Part shown: piece after piece, positions 25,466 to 38,930 of the stretch
Position numbering within the stretch: the first letter of the stretch is position 1
Layout of the letters: the number at the start of each line of letters is the position of its first letter
From: Octopus sinensis
Taxonomy: Eukaryota
Length of the DNA: 64,000 bases
Direction: 5' to 3'
Assembly (NCBI RefSeq): GCF_006345805.1
Contig: NC_043017.1
Coordinates: 31,062,001-31,126,000, forward strand
Position numbers and translations under genes: made by a program
Notes under the pieces: model-generated
Told to the model about the DNA's origin: nothing
What the model saw: only the letters and a program-made list of their open reading frames with translations
Database searches by the model: none

Positions 25466-25749
25466 CGTGATCACCGTGACCACCGTGACCGACCAGGCTA
25501 TCAGATGCTGCAACACATCGCTTGTCACAATGCGCTTCGCATTTGTTTTAGCCTTCAAATGATGCCACCCCGCTGAATAAGCGAGCAGGCCAACTGAAGA
25601 AAGAGTGAGAGAAATTGTGGCGAAAGAGTACAGCAGGGATCGCCACCACCCCCTGCCGGAGCATCGTGGAGCTTTAGGTATTTTCGCTCAATAAACACTC
25701 ACAACGCCCGCGTGTCCGCTGCCCTAACCACTGGACCATTGCGCCTCCA
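25466..25749 (-). mobile_element. tRNA-derived SINE family C, tail type ii
   Basis: Head ggaggcgcaatggtccagtggttagggc (internally deleted); shares its body with 29213-29594 and its tail with 62174-62463. Confidence 0.85.
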
Positions 25750-25782
25750 CATATATATATATATGTGTGTGTCTGTGTGTGT

Positions 25783-25837
<55 letters not shown>

Positions 25838-26139
25838 CGCGAGTGTGTGTGAGTATTGTTATTTTTTTGTACGGGTTCCTCACTACAATGAGAGCTTGTT
25901 GTTGAGAGACAAATACAGCGATAGAGGGAGAGTTTGTATTTGTAAAATATAAGTAGAAATTGCTTTACTAATTAACAAGTTTGGATTGAAAGTAGGAATA
26001 AGAGATACAAGATACAGTGTACTTGTGTAAAATTAACAAAAGATCAAGCGTACTGATTCGCGGCTAATCAGAGGGACCTCCAGCTGCTAAGGGGCGTCCA
26101 GTAAACAGGCAACTCTGGTATATTACTATTAATGATTTG

Positions 26140-26310
26140 GCCTTAAAAAGTGTGAAAAATTATATATTGCCTTGAAAAATGCCATAAAAAATCGCGAACG
26201 ATACCTACTATTCCGAATATATGCGGTGGTTTCCGCGAACAACTATTAGTTCCCCAAATAACCGGGACCGCGAATGCCGAACCGCGAATATAAACGGGGG
26301 TACATTGTGT
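26140..26310 (+). mobile_element. Possible pogo/Tigger-like MITE right end
   Basis: Repeated ccgcgaa motifs ending gaaccgcgaatataaacgggggtacattg; left TIR not clearly found. Confidence 0.35.
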
Positions 26311-27343
26311 ATATATATAAAGGCAGATTGAGAGATTGATTCTGTCTTGCAAATTCACTCACAAATCTTAGTTTGCCCCAAGGTTATAATAAAATACATT
26401 TTTCCTAGGGGCCGTACTCCGGGATTGAATCCAGGACCATTTGTTTGGGAAGGAAAGATCCTACGACAGAGCAATATATGTACACATGCATCTTTATATC
26501 TATCTATCTCTGTGTGTGAATGTGTGTGTGTGTGAGTGTGAATGTGTAGAAACTGTTTAATAACTTCATGTTGAGGTAATATTTGAAATAATGGAAACAA
26601 TGTAAAGTTGCACATCTATAATCCTACCTGGTTGTTAAATCTCTTCATATGTTTCCAATACCTCACAATAACACCCGATGATTATTAGGCAAAAAGCAAT
26701 TCTTGAACTTTTCGATCAGTTTAGTTTTCCGAAGTGTGAAACAATTTAACACCAACCGCTTCTCAACTACATATTTCTTCAACAATCTTTTCCTTCTCCA
26801 ATTCCATAATCCAAAATCACTTCCCTGCCAACCTATCAATATCTTTTCTTTTTCTAATTTTTGCTTGTTTGTGTGATGGACTCACCTTACCTGTTGCCTA
26901 TTATCAAAGGAAATCAAGCATGATTCTGTTAATGGTGAACACATGAACTTTCCACACCCCTTCAGATGTTCTTTGATAACCAATAACCAATTCTTGAGAT
27001 CTCTTGTAAATAAGTAACAACTATTTTGATTTTATACAACATTGAAGTGAGGCCATTGAAAAGAAAAGAAAAATAGCAAGCAACGGTATGAGGATGGGGG
27101 GGGGGATATTAAAAGAAATAATAGACAGGTAATAAATTGTTCGTTTGAGAATATCATTGCAAGTATACATACAAACGCAGGCACACACACACACACACAT
27201 GTGTGTGTGTGTGTGTGCGTGTGTGTGTGTGTGCATGTGTGTGTATACACATCTGTGTATGTGTATATATATGGCTTTGTATATGTATATTTGTTATGTT
27301 TCCATGTTTGAATGTGCACTTCTACATATACACATACAAACAC

Positions 27344-27377
<34 letters not shown>

Positions 27378-27396
27378 GCATATATGTATGTGCATA

Positions 27397-27449
<53 letters not shown>

Positions 27450-27688
27450 ATATATATTTATCTATGTCTATCTATATCTATCTATCAATATATATATGGA
27501 TATAGATATACAGTGAGAGGGAAAAAGAGACAGAGAGAGAGGGGGAAGACAGAGAGGGAGAGAGAGTGTGTGTGCCATGCTTACAGGTAAGCATGCATAA
27601 ATAATCCTTTATTTCGGGTTATTTCAATGATTTTACAACTGAGCTGTTTCTCCTGAAGTTGGAGATTTTCTATTCTACTCTAGGCAGA

Positions 27689-27840
27689 AGGCCCGAAATT
27701 TGTGGGGAGGGGCCAGTCGATTAGATCGACCCCATTGCGCAAATGGTACTTAATTTCTTGATCCCGAAAGGATGAAAAGCAAAGTCGACCTCTGCGGAAT
27801 TTGAATCAGAGGGTAAGCATTTCGCTCGACGTGCTAAGGT
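27689..27840 (-). mobile_element. SINE family B, partial
   Basis: gtacttaatttcttgatcccgaaaggatgaaaagcaaagtcgacc. Confidence 0.8.
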
Positions 27841-27844
27841 TTCT

Positions 27845-28076
27845 TATTTCTTTATTGCCCACAAGGGGCTAAACACAGAGGGGACAAACAAGGACAGACA
27901 AAGGGATTAAGCCGATGACATCGACTCCAGTGCGTAACTGGTACTTAATTTATCGACCCCGAAAGGATGAAAAGCAAAGTCGACCTCGGCAGAATTTGAA
28001 CTCAGAACATAATGGCAGATGAAATACGGCTACGCATTTCGCTCGGCATGCTAACGTTTCTGCCTGCTCGCCGCCT
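27845..28076 (-). mobile_element. SINE family B, full length
   Basis: Reverse complement of the 4073-4293 type. Confidence 0.9.
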
Positions 28077-28435
28077 TCAAAGTTGAAGAATATTGCCCTT
28101 CTCTCTTGTGCCTTCTCCCAGATATCATGTCACTCTTGCTCCTTTGATCTCCTCATCCTCATCATTATGCCCATATAGTGTCTACTCACCTCTCACCTAC
28201 CCATCTTTCTTCCCATTATTCTTATACTCATAAGTATTGACGTATATATTTATTCATTTAATTTTTCTTGTTTAACATCAATGCAGTGAGCTGAGAGAAT
28301 CTTTAGCATGTTAGGCAAATTGCTTGAAATAAGTACCAGTGGAGTACTGGGGTCGATGTAATTGACGTACTCCGTACTCAAGTTTGCTGGCCTTATGCCA
28401 AAATTTGAGTCCAATACTTCCCATTTCCTATTAAT

Positions 28436-28830
28436 GTGGTGAGCTGGCAGAATCGTTAGCACGCCGGGCAAAATGCTCAGCGGTATTTCGTCGGCCGCTA
28501 TATTCTGAGTTCAAATTCCGCCGAGGTCGACTTTGACTTTCAACCTTTCGGGGTCGATTAAATAAGTACCAGTTACGCACTGGGGTCGATATACTCGACT
28601 TAATCCGTTTGTCTGTCCTTGTTTGTTCTCCCTGTGTTTAGCACCTTCTGGGTAGTAAAGAAATAACTATTTCGTCCATCTTAAATTTCTGAGTTCAAAT
28701 TCAGCTAATGTCGGTTTTGCCTTTCATCCTTTTGTGGTTGTTAAAATGAGTATCATTTAAGTAATGGTGTCAGCGTGATCAACTTATTACTCCCTGAAAA
28801 ATTGCTGGCCTCGTTGCAAAATTTGAAATC
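28436..28830 (+). mobile_element. SINE family B full copy (28436-28664) plus diverged tandem fragment
   Basis: Same motifs as 4073-4293; second degraded unit follows. Confidence 0.85.
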
Positions 28831-29212
28831 AGTTTTTTCTTATTAAACAAAAGCGGTGTTAAATATTTCAAGGAATGAAAATGAATCAAAACAAAAGATA
28901 AAAGTGAATAAATTTGAATTAATTATTCTGCAAAACAACTACAGTAAATCATAACAAACACAAATAATGACTATCATCATAGAATATCACAACAACAAGC
29001 AGCAGCATAGAACTACTAAACAATAAAAAATATCATTAAAAATAGTATTATTTTTTAAAAGAAAACAAAGTAAAATAATTTAAATATAAAATAATATGCA
29101 ACCTATGTAAAATAATACAAAAACAATGATAGAAAAATGCTGAACAAAGGGAATTAATGCAGAACAATGTATAACAATGAAAAGAATACAAAACAATATA
29201 ATAAGATATGTG

Positions 29213-29594
29213 GAAGCACTCCGTCGGTTACGACGACGAGGTTTCCGGTTGATCCGATCAACGGAACAGCCTGCTCGTGAAATTAACGTGTAAGTGGCTG
29301 AGCACTCCACAGACACGAGTACCCTTAACGTAGTTCTCGGGGATATTCAGCGTGACACAGAGAGTGACAAGGCCGGCCCTTTGAAATACAGGTACAACAG
29401 AAACAAGAAGTAAGAGTGAGAGAAAGTTGTGGTGAAAGAGTACATCAGGGATCACCACCATCCCTGCCGGAGCCTCGTGGAGCTTTTTAGGTGTTTTCGC
29501 TCAATAAACACTCACAACGCCCGGTCTGGGAATTGAAACCGCGATCCTATGACCGCGAGTCCGTTGCCCTAACCACTGGGCCGTTGCGCCTCCA
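29213..29594 (-). mobile_element. SINE family C, tail type i (RTE-like tail)
   Basis: tRNA-like head ggaggcgcaacggcccagtggttagggc..ggtttcaattccc; close match to 52279-52659. Confidence 0.9.
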
Positions 29595-29621
29595 CCATGA
29601 AATTATACATGACCGTAGAAA

Positions 29622-29933
29622 GTGGTACTCCGTCACTTACAACGACGAGAGCTCCAGTTGATCCAAACAATGGAACAGCCTACTCGTGAAATAATCATGC
29701 GAGTGGCTGAGTATTCCATAGACTTAGGTACCCTTAACGTAGTTCTCAAGGAGATTCAGCGTGACACATAGAGTACATTGAAATGCAGAAACTACTCAAT
29801 TTTGCCAGTTGTGTGGATTGGATCAATGTGAAATATAGTGTCTTTGTCAAGGATATATCGTGAGACCAAGAATCGAACTCATGTCTCGAAAATCGTAAGC
29901 CAAATACTCTATCCACTGAACTACGCACCTTCA
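29622..29933 (-). mobile_element. SINE with a different head/body but family C tail type i
   Basis: Head ggtgcgtagttcagtggatagag..gagttcgattc; tail shared with 29213-29360. Confidence 0.75.
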
Positions 29934-31353
29934 CTATCTAGGCAATACAAAACAATACATAACAAAACAAAATGAAATAGAGGATCGTAGAACTATGCAA
30001 ACTTATATCAAACAATAATATGAAACAACAGAAAATAAATATTATAAAACGATATGAAAAACAATACAAAAAGACTATAAAACAGTATACTGCATAAACA
30101 CAATAATAGAAAGCAAGAATTCTACAGAAAAAGACACATTAAAACAAAATTACAGATTGGAGTACAAAGCAAAACTCATATATAAATGTACTAAAAAGCT
30201 CACAGGAACGCAAAACACACAAACACAATAATATAAGCAATATGAAATTATATACAAACCCGTACATAATGTTACAAACCAATATAGAGGAACAAAAATT
30301 ATATAACAACGCATAACACAAATGTAAATATATTTAAAAAATATATATATTGAACCATATTGGATAACAGAAAACAGCACAGCATAGTATGCAGTAATAA
30401 AATATTACAAATTATATGAAAAAGTACAGAGCAATACTAAAAACACCAAACAACAGAAAAGAGGATGAACAAGTACCAATATTAGGAATATAAAATAATT
30501 AGAAAATAAGGCAAAACAATACAAGTGTAACACAGCCATACAAAAGAATATTGGATAATAGAACAGAGCCCAGCATACAATAGTAAAGTAATGTGAAACT
30601 ATATTTAAAAAATAAATAGCAATATGGAATACAGCAAATAATAGAAAACCGGTTAAGATAGCAGCAATACAGGAAACAATATAAATAAACAGAAGAGTAG
30701 AAAAAACAGTTTTAGGTAATTTTATAATAATGCCAAACAACACAGTAGTAATGTAGCAATACAAACCTGTAAAAAATAATACAAAATGGTAGGAAGTAAT
30801 ATTAAACTAAATGTAAAATATAAATGAATACAAAACAACATAAATTAATTCAAAACAATATAAATGAATTCAAAACAATATAAAATCAATATAAAACAAT
30901 TATATAATAATGCACAACAACACACGACTAACATAGCAATACAAAACAATACAAAATATTACAAAATGGTAGAAAAGAATGTAACACAATTTAAAACAAA
31001 AATAATACAAAACAGCTACAGAAAATATAAAACTTTACTGAACAATATATAACAATATAAATCAATACAAAGCTATACAAATACCATATCGTACTAAAAT
31101 TCGATTTGAAATAACTAATTCTTTATTGAAAATAATTCGTTTTATCTTGTTTGTTAATTGTTTCTTTTTTGTTGCATTTATTGTAGTTTTTGCCAATGAA
31201 TTAATTACTAAAAGTGGGGTGGCAGTGGTAGTAGTGGTTTAGAGGGGGTAATCACGGTGGTGATGGTGGTGGTGGTGGGGTAATACTTGTCCTCAAAGTG
31301 TATGAGTATATGTGGTAGTGTTATCACAGCAGTTGTTAAGTTGTAGCAATTCA

Positions 31354-31744
31354 GGCAGCGAGATGGCAGAACCGTTAGCACGCCGGGTGGAATGCTTAGC
31401 AGTATTTCGTCTGTTCAAATTCCGCCGAGGTCGACTTTGCCTTTCATCCTTTCGGGTTCGATAAATTAAGTACCAGTTACGTACTGGTGTCGATATAATC
31501 GACTTAATCCGTCTGTCCTCTCTGTGTTTAGCCCCTTGTGGATAGTAAAGAAATGGAAATAGGTATTTCGTCTGCCGCTACGTTCTGAGTTCAAATTCCG
31601 CTGAGGTCGACTTTGCCTTTCATCCTTTTGGGGTCAATTAACTAAGTACCAGTTACGCACTAGGGTCGATATAATCGACTTAATCCGTTTATCTGTCCTT
31701 GTTTGTTCTCTCTGTGTTTAGCCCCTTGCGTGTAGGAAAGAAAT
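31354..31744 (+). mobile_element. Two tandem SINE family B copies
   Basis: 31354-31554 and a 5'-truncated copy at 31561-31744. Confidence 0.85.
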
Positions 31745-32699
31745 AGATAATGGAGGTGTTGTTTTGATGGCAGTAGCAGTGGTATTAGCGATTTTGCATT
31801 GGTTATAGGGGTACAATTGACGAAATGGTGGTTGTAGTCAGGGTATTGCTCGTAGTCGTTGTAGTGGTTGCGATGGTTGCTGTAATGCTGGTGATGTAGA
31901 TATGGAAAGACTGGTGTCAGTGGTTTTAATCCTAGTGTTGTGCTGGCGGTAGTCATGATGATAGAGTATGTGTTATCGTTGCTGAGATAAGAGTGGTGGT
32001 GTTTGGTTTGCAGTTGAGGTGGTAGTTGTTTTTATGTTGGCAGAAAGGAAGTCAATGACACCCTGGAAAAACAAGAAAATTTCCCATCAACTAAGGGCCG
32101 CTAACACTCCATCACCACTATACACACACATACACACGGATACACGCTCACACAAACACGCACACAATCAGATCTAAAACAGCATTGGTTTATTTTTTAT
32201 TTATTTATATATTTTCTCATTTGTTTTCTTTATTTTTTTTTATTCTCTCACCGGTCAAAAATCGACCATCACTACAGGAATTTTGCTAACTGAAATGAAG
32301 TGTTGGCATAATTTACAGGAACACCAGATTATTATCTGCGAACCGATATCACAATTCTATATAAACTATCTAAAACTATCTTGAAAGAACCATCTCACCA
32401 AAATCTTGATCAGAAGTGCCAAAAAGAATTTTGACACATTTTGTTGCATTTCTTTGTTTTTATTTTACCTTTTATTACCGTTATTGCTTCTCCGTTTTTT
32501 TTTTGTCTTTTATATATTCTTGCATTTATTTATTTTTATATTTATTTACGCATTTATATATTTTTCTTTTCAAAGCAAAGGAAATATGTTTCCATATTTT
32601 TATATGTTATTAGTTACCTTTAATCTATTTTTTGTCAGGTGGGGGGGGGGTGCGTTATATTCAACTTTGCTTTTTATCTGTCCATCTTTATTTTTACTT

Positions 32700-32784
32700 G
32701 TGTTATTATTACTATTATTATTATTATTATTGTTACTGTTATTATTACTATTATTATTATTGTTGTTACTGTTATTATTACTAA

Positions 32785-32835
<51 letters not shown>

Positions 32836-32846
32836 TATTATTATTA

Positions 32847-32877
<31 letters not shown>

Positions 32878-32900
32878 CATCATTATTATTATTATTATCT
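32700..32900. repeat. (ATT)n microsatellite
   Basis: Direct reading. Confidence 0.95.
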
Positions 32901-33541
32901 TTTTCTTTTTCTTTCTGATTTTGCAGTTTCTCACACCACCGATCTTCTATCCCTGATATAGCACATCGGAAATATTTGCTGTTGCTTGTGATATAAGCGA
33001 TAAAGATCCGGTGGGGTGCTATTTCTTGATCAACCATCGTAGGAAACGGAAAAACAAAAAAGCATAACATATCTACTAAAGTTTATGATTGCCAATGATC
33101 TTAAATATACATGTATATTTTACATATAGGAATCTATAAACTTATATCTATCAGAGTTTGTGTGTCTGTTGTATGTGCGATTGTATGTCCGCATATACAA
33201 GTAAGTATGTGTATATATCTCTGTATATGTTTCTGCATATATGATAAGTTTGAGAATATACCATTTTGCGTGACTAAAAGGTGTTGTACTGAGGACCTAT
33301 CTTCAGATGTTGCAAGGTAAAAACCAAAGTCGGAGATTCTACTAAATGCATAGTGATCGTTGCAAGGGACTTCTAGTTATTAGTGAGTAAACCTCACTAT
33401 GAAATCTCCATCAGATTTGACACAGTGTCAGCACAAGTGGACAGATGTCAGGAACTATTATGCTCATTTAAAGAAAGATAAATTTGAATGAAAATTTTCC
33501 TGTAGACAAGCATACGGATATGCAACAAACTATATGTGAAT

Positions 33542-33581
<40 letters not shown>

Positions 33582-33830
33582 AGTATATCATCAAAATATC
33601 AAAATAAGCAACAAAGATATCCACCTCTGGATATCCTTGTTGCGGATTTTGATTTTAATCACCTTACTTTGGAATTGTATGGATACTGTACTAAATTCTG
33701 GTGCCTCAACTTAAGTACCATATTCATCTGAATCTTAATTTTTGCTGAACTCATCTACTATACCCAAAGTATATTTCTGGTACATAATTTTCAACAGGAT
33801 GGGAAAGGTAAATATAGAATTTTCTGAGAA

Positions 33831-34135
33831 GGACAGGAGTCGCTGTGTGGAAAGTAGCTTGCTTATTAACCACATGCTTCCGTTTTCAGTTCCACTGCGC
33901 GATACCTTGAGCAAATGTATTCTACTATAGCCTCGGGCCGACCAAAGCCTTGTTAGTGGATTTGTTAGACGGAAACTGAAAGGAGTCCGTCGTATATATA
34001 TGTGTGTTTGCGTGCGTTAGTGTGAGAGTTTGCCCACCCAACATCGCTTGACAACCGATGCTGGTTTGTTTACATCTCCGTAACTTAGCGGTTCGGAAAA
34101 TGATACCGATTGAATAAGTATTAAGCCTACAAAGA
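33831..34135 (+). mobile_element. SINE family A, 3' truncated
   Basis: Head and body present; ends after the aataagt..acaaagaata motif. Confidence 0.85.
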
Positions 34136-34230
34136 ATATATATATATATATAACAGCTTGCTCGTGAAATGAACGTGCTGACCGCTCCATAGACACGTGT
34201 ATTCACAGGGAAATCCAGCTTACATATATA

Positions 34231-34308
<78 letters not shown>

Positions 34309-34911
34309 CATGTATGTATATGTATTTATTTTTCCATGTTCAGTTTATAATAAGAGTAAATTTACATTATACATTTTACAAATTTACATTGCACTTTTAG
34401 AGAGCAAAATTTATTAAGCTTAACCAAGAATATTATTAAGTTGTGTCTTTGAACATTCGACCAGTTGAGCCATTGTTTGGTTGCGACGCACTGAAGTTGA
34501 TCTTGGCTTTATCTAGTCTCCTTGGATATGTGAATTTCAGTCGAGTGGTTGCAGGATGGGTTCTGCGCACGTACACACACGCAAACTCACATACACAAAC
34601 ATAGAGAAATATATTCATATACTCAATCACACACACAGACAGAAAAATATAGTCATGTATACATTCACAGACATATACATACGCCCAGGGATTAGTATAT
34701 TCATATATACATATATGTGTGTATACTAATGTTTGTTTTTATGTCAGGTTGTGATAAATGCGATTTTATGTTAAACTACTCGAATATCCAATACTTTCTT
34801 GCAGAGTATAAATTTATTATACATTAACAAGAACAGTGACTTCGAAGTTCTGGCCTGCTAGATAAAATATCTATATGATTATGTATGTATATGTATATAA
34901 AATATTTATAT

Positions 34912-35138
34912 GCGAGCTGGCAGAATCGATAGTACACTGGGCGAAATACTTCGCAGTATTTCGTCTGCCGTTACGTTCTGAGTTCAAATTACACCGAAGT
35001 CGACTTTGCCTTTCATCCTTTCGGGGTCGATTAAATAAGTACCAGTTACGCACTGGGGTCGAAGTAATCTACTAAATCCGTTTGTCTGTCCTTGTTTGTC
35101 CCCTCTGTGTGTAGCCCCTTGAGGACAGTAAAGAAATA
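34912..35138 (+). mobile_element. SINE family B
   Basis: Same motifs as 4073-4293. Confidence 0.9.
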
Positions 35139-35170
35139 ACAAAATATTTATATGCTTGTATATGTATATG

Positions 35171-35209
<39 letters not shown>

Positions 35210-35540
35210 TCTATTTGTTTACGGAAAACGTTTTGAATATGCAAATAAAGCTCCTCTTCGATTATGCCGGCTACAGTCTAATGATGCTGATAGGTGAATG
35301 AGTTTTGGGGTTTTTGTACCGAGCTGTAACCGATAAATATAGTAATAATAACAATAATTTTTAAGTGGACTTTATAAATATTGTAATGGATCGCTACGCG
35401 CGTTTCCACAAAAAACATGTCTCTTAATATCATAGACTGTATTCGTAGAACTGCGATCTGAAGAGACAAGTTATATATGGAAATGTGCTAAGCGATGCAG
35501 TAAAATATTTAGGAATTCCGTCCAAGGATTATTGTTATTA

Positions 35541-35736
35541 TTCCGACACAAGACTCATGAAAAGGTAATAAAAATAGAAGTCTGAGGGACAGATCTTTAT
35601 ATACACATATACATTTGTGTACAAAGATATATACAAAGCAATATCGTTATAAATCTACTTACTCGCACCTAGACACATATGTTGATTATAATAGACGTAC
35701 AATAATAACATATACATAAGAATGCACGCCTACATA
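35541..35736 (+). repeat. About 195-bp direct repeat, copy 1 (copy 2 at 37346-37540)
   Basis: ttccgacacaagactcatgaaaaggtaataaaaatagaag..aagaatgcacgcctacat. Confidence 0.9.
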
Positions 35737-36070
35737 CACACACACGCACATACACACACATATAACGTATATCAGAAAACGAAACATTAAAACAGAACGC
35801 TAAATTCTGGTCATAGAGTGAGCAATGGTTTCGTATCCGCGAAAGCTACACCCTTGTAGACAGCTCATCATGTTCTATTTCAAAGGCAAGCTTAACTTTT
35901 CACTTAGTGGACATTGTGGAAATGCTAAGATAACGAGGTCAAACCTATAAAAAAGTTATTGAAGACGGGTTATCACCTCTGGAGAAAAGGATAGATCGAA
36001 GATATAATCAAAGTATTTCCTGTCTCATATTAGCTTAACCAGCAAATTGGGAGATCCAATTTTCCAGTAG

Positions 36071-36500
36071 CTAGTGCTTGAAATGAACACATTTTGAGGA
36101 AATTTTTTTACGATTTTTTAACGCGCCAGGCTCAGCATTGTTATTAAGAATATTGTTTTTCTCTGCGATACACATGTTGCATCGGCCGCTCCCATTAATG
36201 TGATGGCCTGGTTGTTCTATGATCTTCCGCCTGATTTTTGAGGTGCCACACATGGCTGAGCATGGACGCGAGAAACGTCTTTCCGGGACTCTGAACTATA
36301 ATTGGCGGTTCCTTTAGCATTGTTTGACACATGTGCTGGCTCATTCGATATATTTAGCAGCGTGGGAGCTGCCTGTATTCGCACTCCTGGTGTTATAAAG
36401 AAGAAACTTTTATGTGACTGGAATTGGGACGAAATAGGAAGTGGATTATAGTGGATGAATGAATGCGGAAGAGAGAAGCGATAAGCAGAAGTGTACATCA
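36071..36500 (-). pseudogene. Penelope-like element, GIY-YIG endonuclease C-terminal remnant
   Basis: RKIIEQ..GSGRCNMCIAEKNNIL..LKNRKKISSKCVH resembles the Penelope terminal motif (WxI..CxLCxxEK..I..LNKRxE..SKCRH). Confidence 0.65.
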
Positions 36501-36597
36501 CGTTCTACCTCATAAAGTGTCATAAATGAGATAAGGTTATTTTATTAAGCAAACAAGCTGTAAAATCTCAATACGACATGAGAGCAGTAACAATACT

Positions 36598-37123
36598 AAC
36601 AAGTAAAATTAATCGCTACATCAATGTGGCTGTTCAATGTTACTACTAGTTTAACCCCAGGCAGATATTCCACCATAACCAGTTGGCGGATTGAGATTTT
36701 ACAATCAGCTACATTCCTTGTTGCAAATCTATGACCGATTGTCACTTTTTTAAAAATATATATTGCTTGCTGGAAGGCGGCGAGTTGGCAGAAACGTTAG
36801 CGCGTCGGAAGAAATGCGTAGCCGTATTTCGTCTGTCGTTACGTTCCGAGTTCAAATTCCGCCGAGGTCGACTTTGCCTTTTATCCTTTCGGGGTCGATA
36901 AATTAAGTACCATTTGCGCACTGGGGTCGACGTAATCGACTTAATCCCTTTGTCTGTCCTTGTTTGTCCACTCTGTGCTTGGCCCCTTGAGGGTAGTAAA
37001 GAAATATATATATATTGCTTGGTGGAGCGGACTCTGGCCATCCCTCTGGCGACCAGGTGTTCGCGGCTGAGAATGAGCAAACTAGTCGTCTGCTGGAAGA
37101 TGATAGGGGTTCGCTCCCTAGCA

Positions 37124-37202
<79 letters not shown>

Positions 37203-37306
37203 GGGTGCAGACGGCACCTATAACCAGCTCGCGGAAAATCGTCCTGTGGTTAAAGTAATAGTAACATTGAACAGCTATATTGATGTGGCGATTAACTCTA
37301 CTTGTT
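36598..37306. repeat. About 59-bp inverted repeat pair (36598-36656 and 37248-37306)
   Basis: aacaagtaaaattaatcgctacatcaatgtggctgttcaatgttactactagtttaacc versus its reverse complement with a few mismatches. Confidence 0.8.
36775..37005 (+). mobile_element. SINE family B with target-site duplication
   Basis: 19-bp TSD atatatattgcttg(c/g)tgga at 36756-36774 and 37008-37026. Confidence 0.92.
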
Positions 37307-37345
37307 ATTTTATTATATTTTAATCTATATATTGGTAGACCACAG

Positions 37346-37540
37346 TTCCGACACAAGACTCATGAAAAGGTAATAAAAATAGAAGACTGAGGGACAGATC
37401 TTTATATACACATATACATTTGTGTACAAATATATATACACGGCATTGTATTTATAAATCTACTTACTCGCACCTACACACATATGTTTATTATACTAGA
37501 CGTACAATAATAACACATACATAAGAATGCACGCCTACAT
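37346..37540 (+). repeat. About 195-bp direct repeat, copy 2
   Basis: Matches 35541-35736 at an offset of 1805 bp. Confidence 0.9.
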
Positions 37541-38084
37541 ATACACACACTCACACACAAACACACATATATATATATACACAACCAACCACACACACAC
37601 ATAAATATAATATTTATGTCCTCTAGTATATATTTAAATATATAATTATTACCAAGCTATACTTACATGCGCATAACCTCTACACTCTTATACTAACACA
37701 TAAACATAGGTACTATCTAATTGCTCCCATTCGTGTACAGAGTTAGCACGTATACTCATACATATATATGCACTGATGTGAGCAATAGCCTAAGCAATTA
37801 AACACATGTATATTCATAAACATATGTATACATTTATATACGCACAAACACATACTTCTAATACATTTATAGCCATTCACTCGTGTACATAGACTTTTAT
37901 ATAAACGTAAGAGATTGTCAATTCGGGGAATTATGATGTTTTGAAATGTTTAATTCTCACATACATTAACCTGATGAAAAGTGTTTTTCTGCATGATGTA
38001 AAAATTCTATTAAAAAAAAACACATCTGAAATAGCTATAGTGAGCCACAATCCAACTCCTGTTATTAGCCACTACACACAATTT

Positions 38085-38232
38085 TTTCTCTCCTTATTTT
38101 TTCTGTGTCCCTTTTTGCAGAAGAGCGTAGGCTCGAAACGTAAAAGACTTTTTTTATTCATGAGCGTTATACTAATACATTCGTTTGTTTTGTACACTAC
38201 CTGCCTTCGCCTTTTTTTTTCGTAAACTCTCC
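38085..38232 (+). mobile_element. Penelope-like terminal repeat family F, opposite orientation
   Basis: 38111-38146 reads CUUU UUGCAGA A GAGC GUAG GCUC GAAAC GUA AAAG. Confidence 0.7.
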
Positions 38233-38253
38233 ATATATACATACATACAATAA

Positions 38254-38297
<44 letters not shown>

Positions 38298-38530
38298 TGT
38301 GTGTGTGTGTGTGTATTTCTGCGCGCACGTGTATATATAGTCAATACATTAGTTTCGGAGATTCTCAGTATAGGAAACACTTAATAGCCCTCAACTAATT
38401 CGAACGTAGACTCCGATGTCTTTATGAGAGACCAATTCCGCGAGGTAAAAAGAGGTCATAAGAGGAATCAAGTTGGGTAGATATGGAGACAAATCCAACA
38501 TAAAAATTTGGGTTTGAGATACAATATATT

Positions 38531-38592
<62 letters not shown>

Positions 38593-38930
38593 CATATTTA
38601 TATTATATAGAGGGTACTATTATTCATAGGTACCGCACGCTAGGAGGGACTTTTGCAGTCAAAACTACTAAAATAAACAAATTGTACCGAATGCAAAACT
38701 TCAAAGCAAGTCATTTGAAAACAGAATTTAGTTACCTATCACATGTGATTTCGCAATCAATGCAGAATATGCATTCTATGCTCTTCAGTGCAACGAACTC
38801 AAAATATATATATACATATATATAAATTTAAAATGAGGGGGAGAAATTAGATATTAATTTAACATCGATTTCACACCAGTTGTCTAGCATATAAAAAAAA
38901 GTGCAGGATCAGTAAAAATTCTATCATATA

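Larger units (their letters stand above)
28850..31080 (+). repeat. Degenerate A/C-rich low-complexity tract (AAAACAAT-like), interrupted by SINEs at 29213-29933
   Basis: Strong A excess on the + strand with recurring aatacaaaacaata motifs; gives spurious hydrophobic minus-strand ORFs. Confidence 0.85.

Noticed and set aside
30139-31052. Hydrophobic membrane-protein-like ORFs on the minus strand
   Set aside because: They are a by-product of the T-rich strand of the low-complexity tract.
32925-33070. Strong plus-strand acceptor (tttctgattttgcag) and the 156-aa minus ORF
   Set aside because: All three frames stop soon after the acceptor, and most of the minus ORF is the ATT microsatellite.
35808-35870. 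Possible hammerhead downstream of the Penelope remnant
   Set aside because: Only a GAAAGCU..AGCUC half is recognisable; CUGANGA is absent on that strand.
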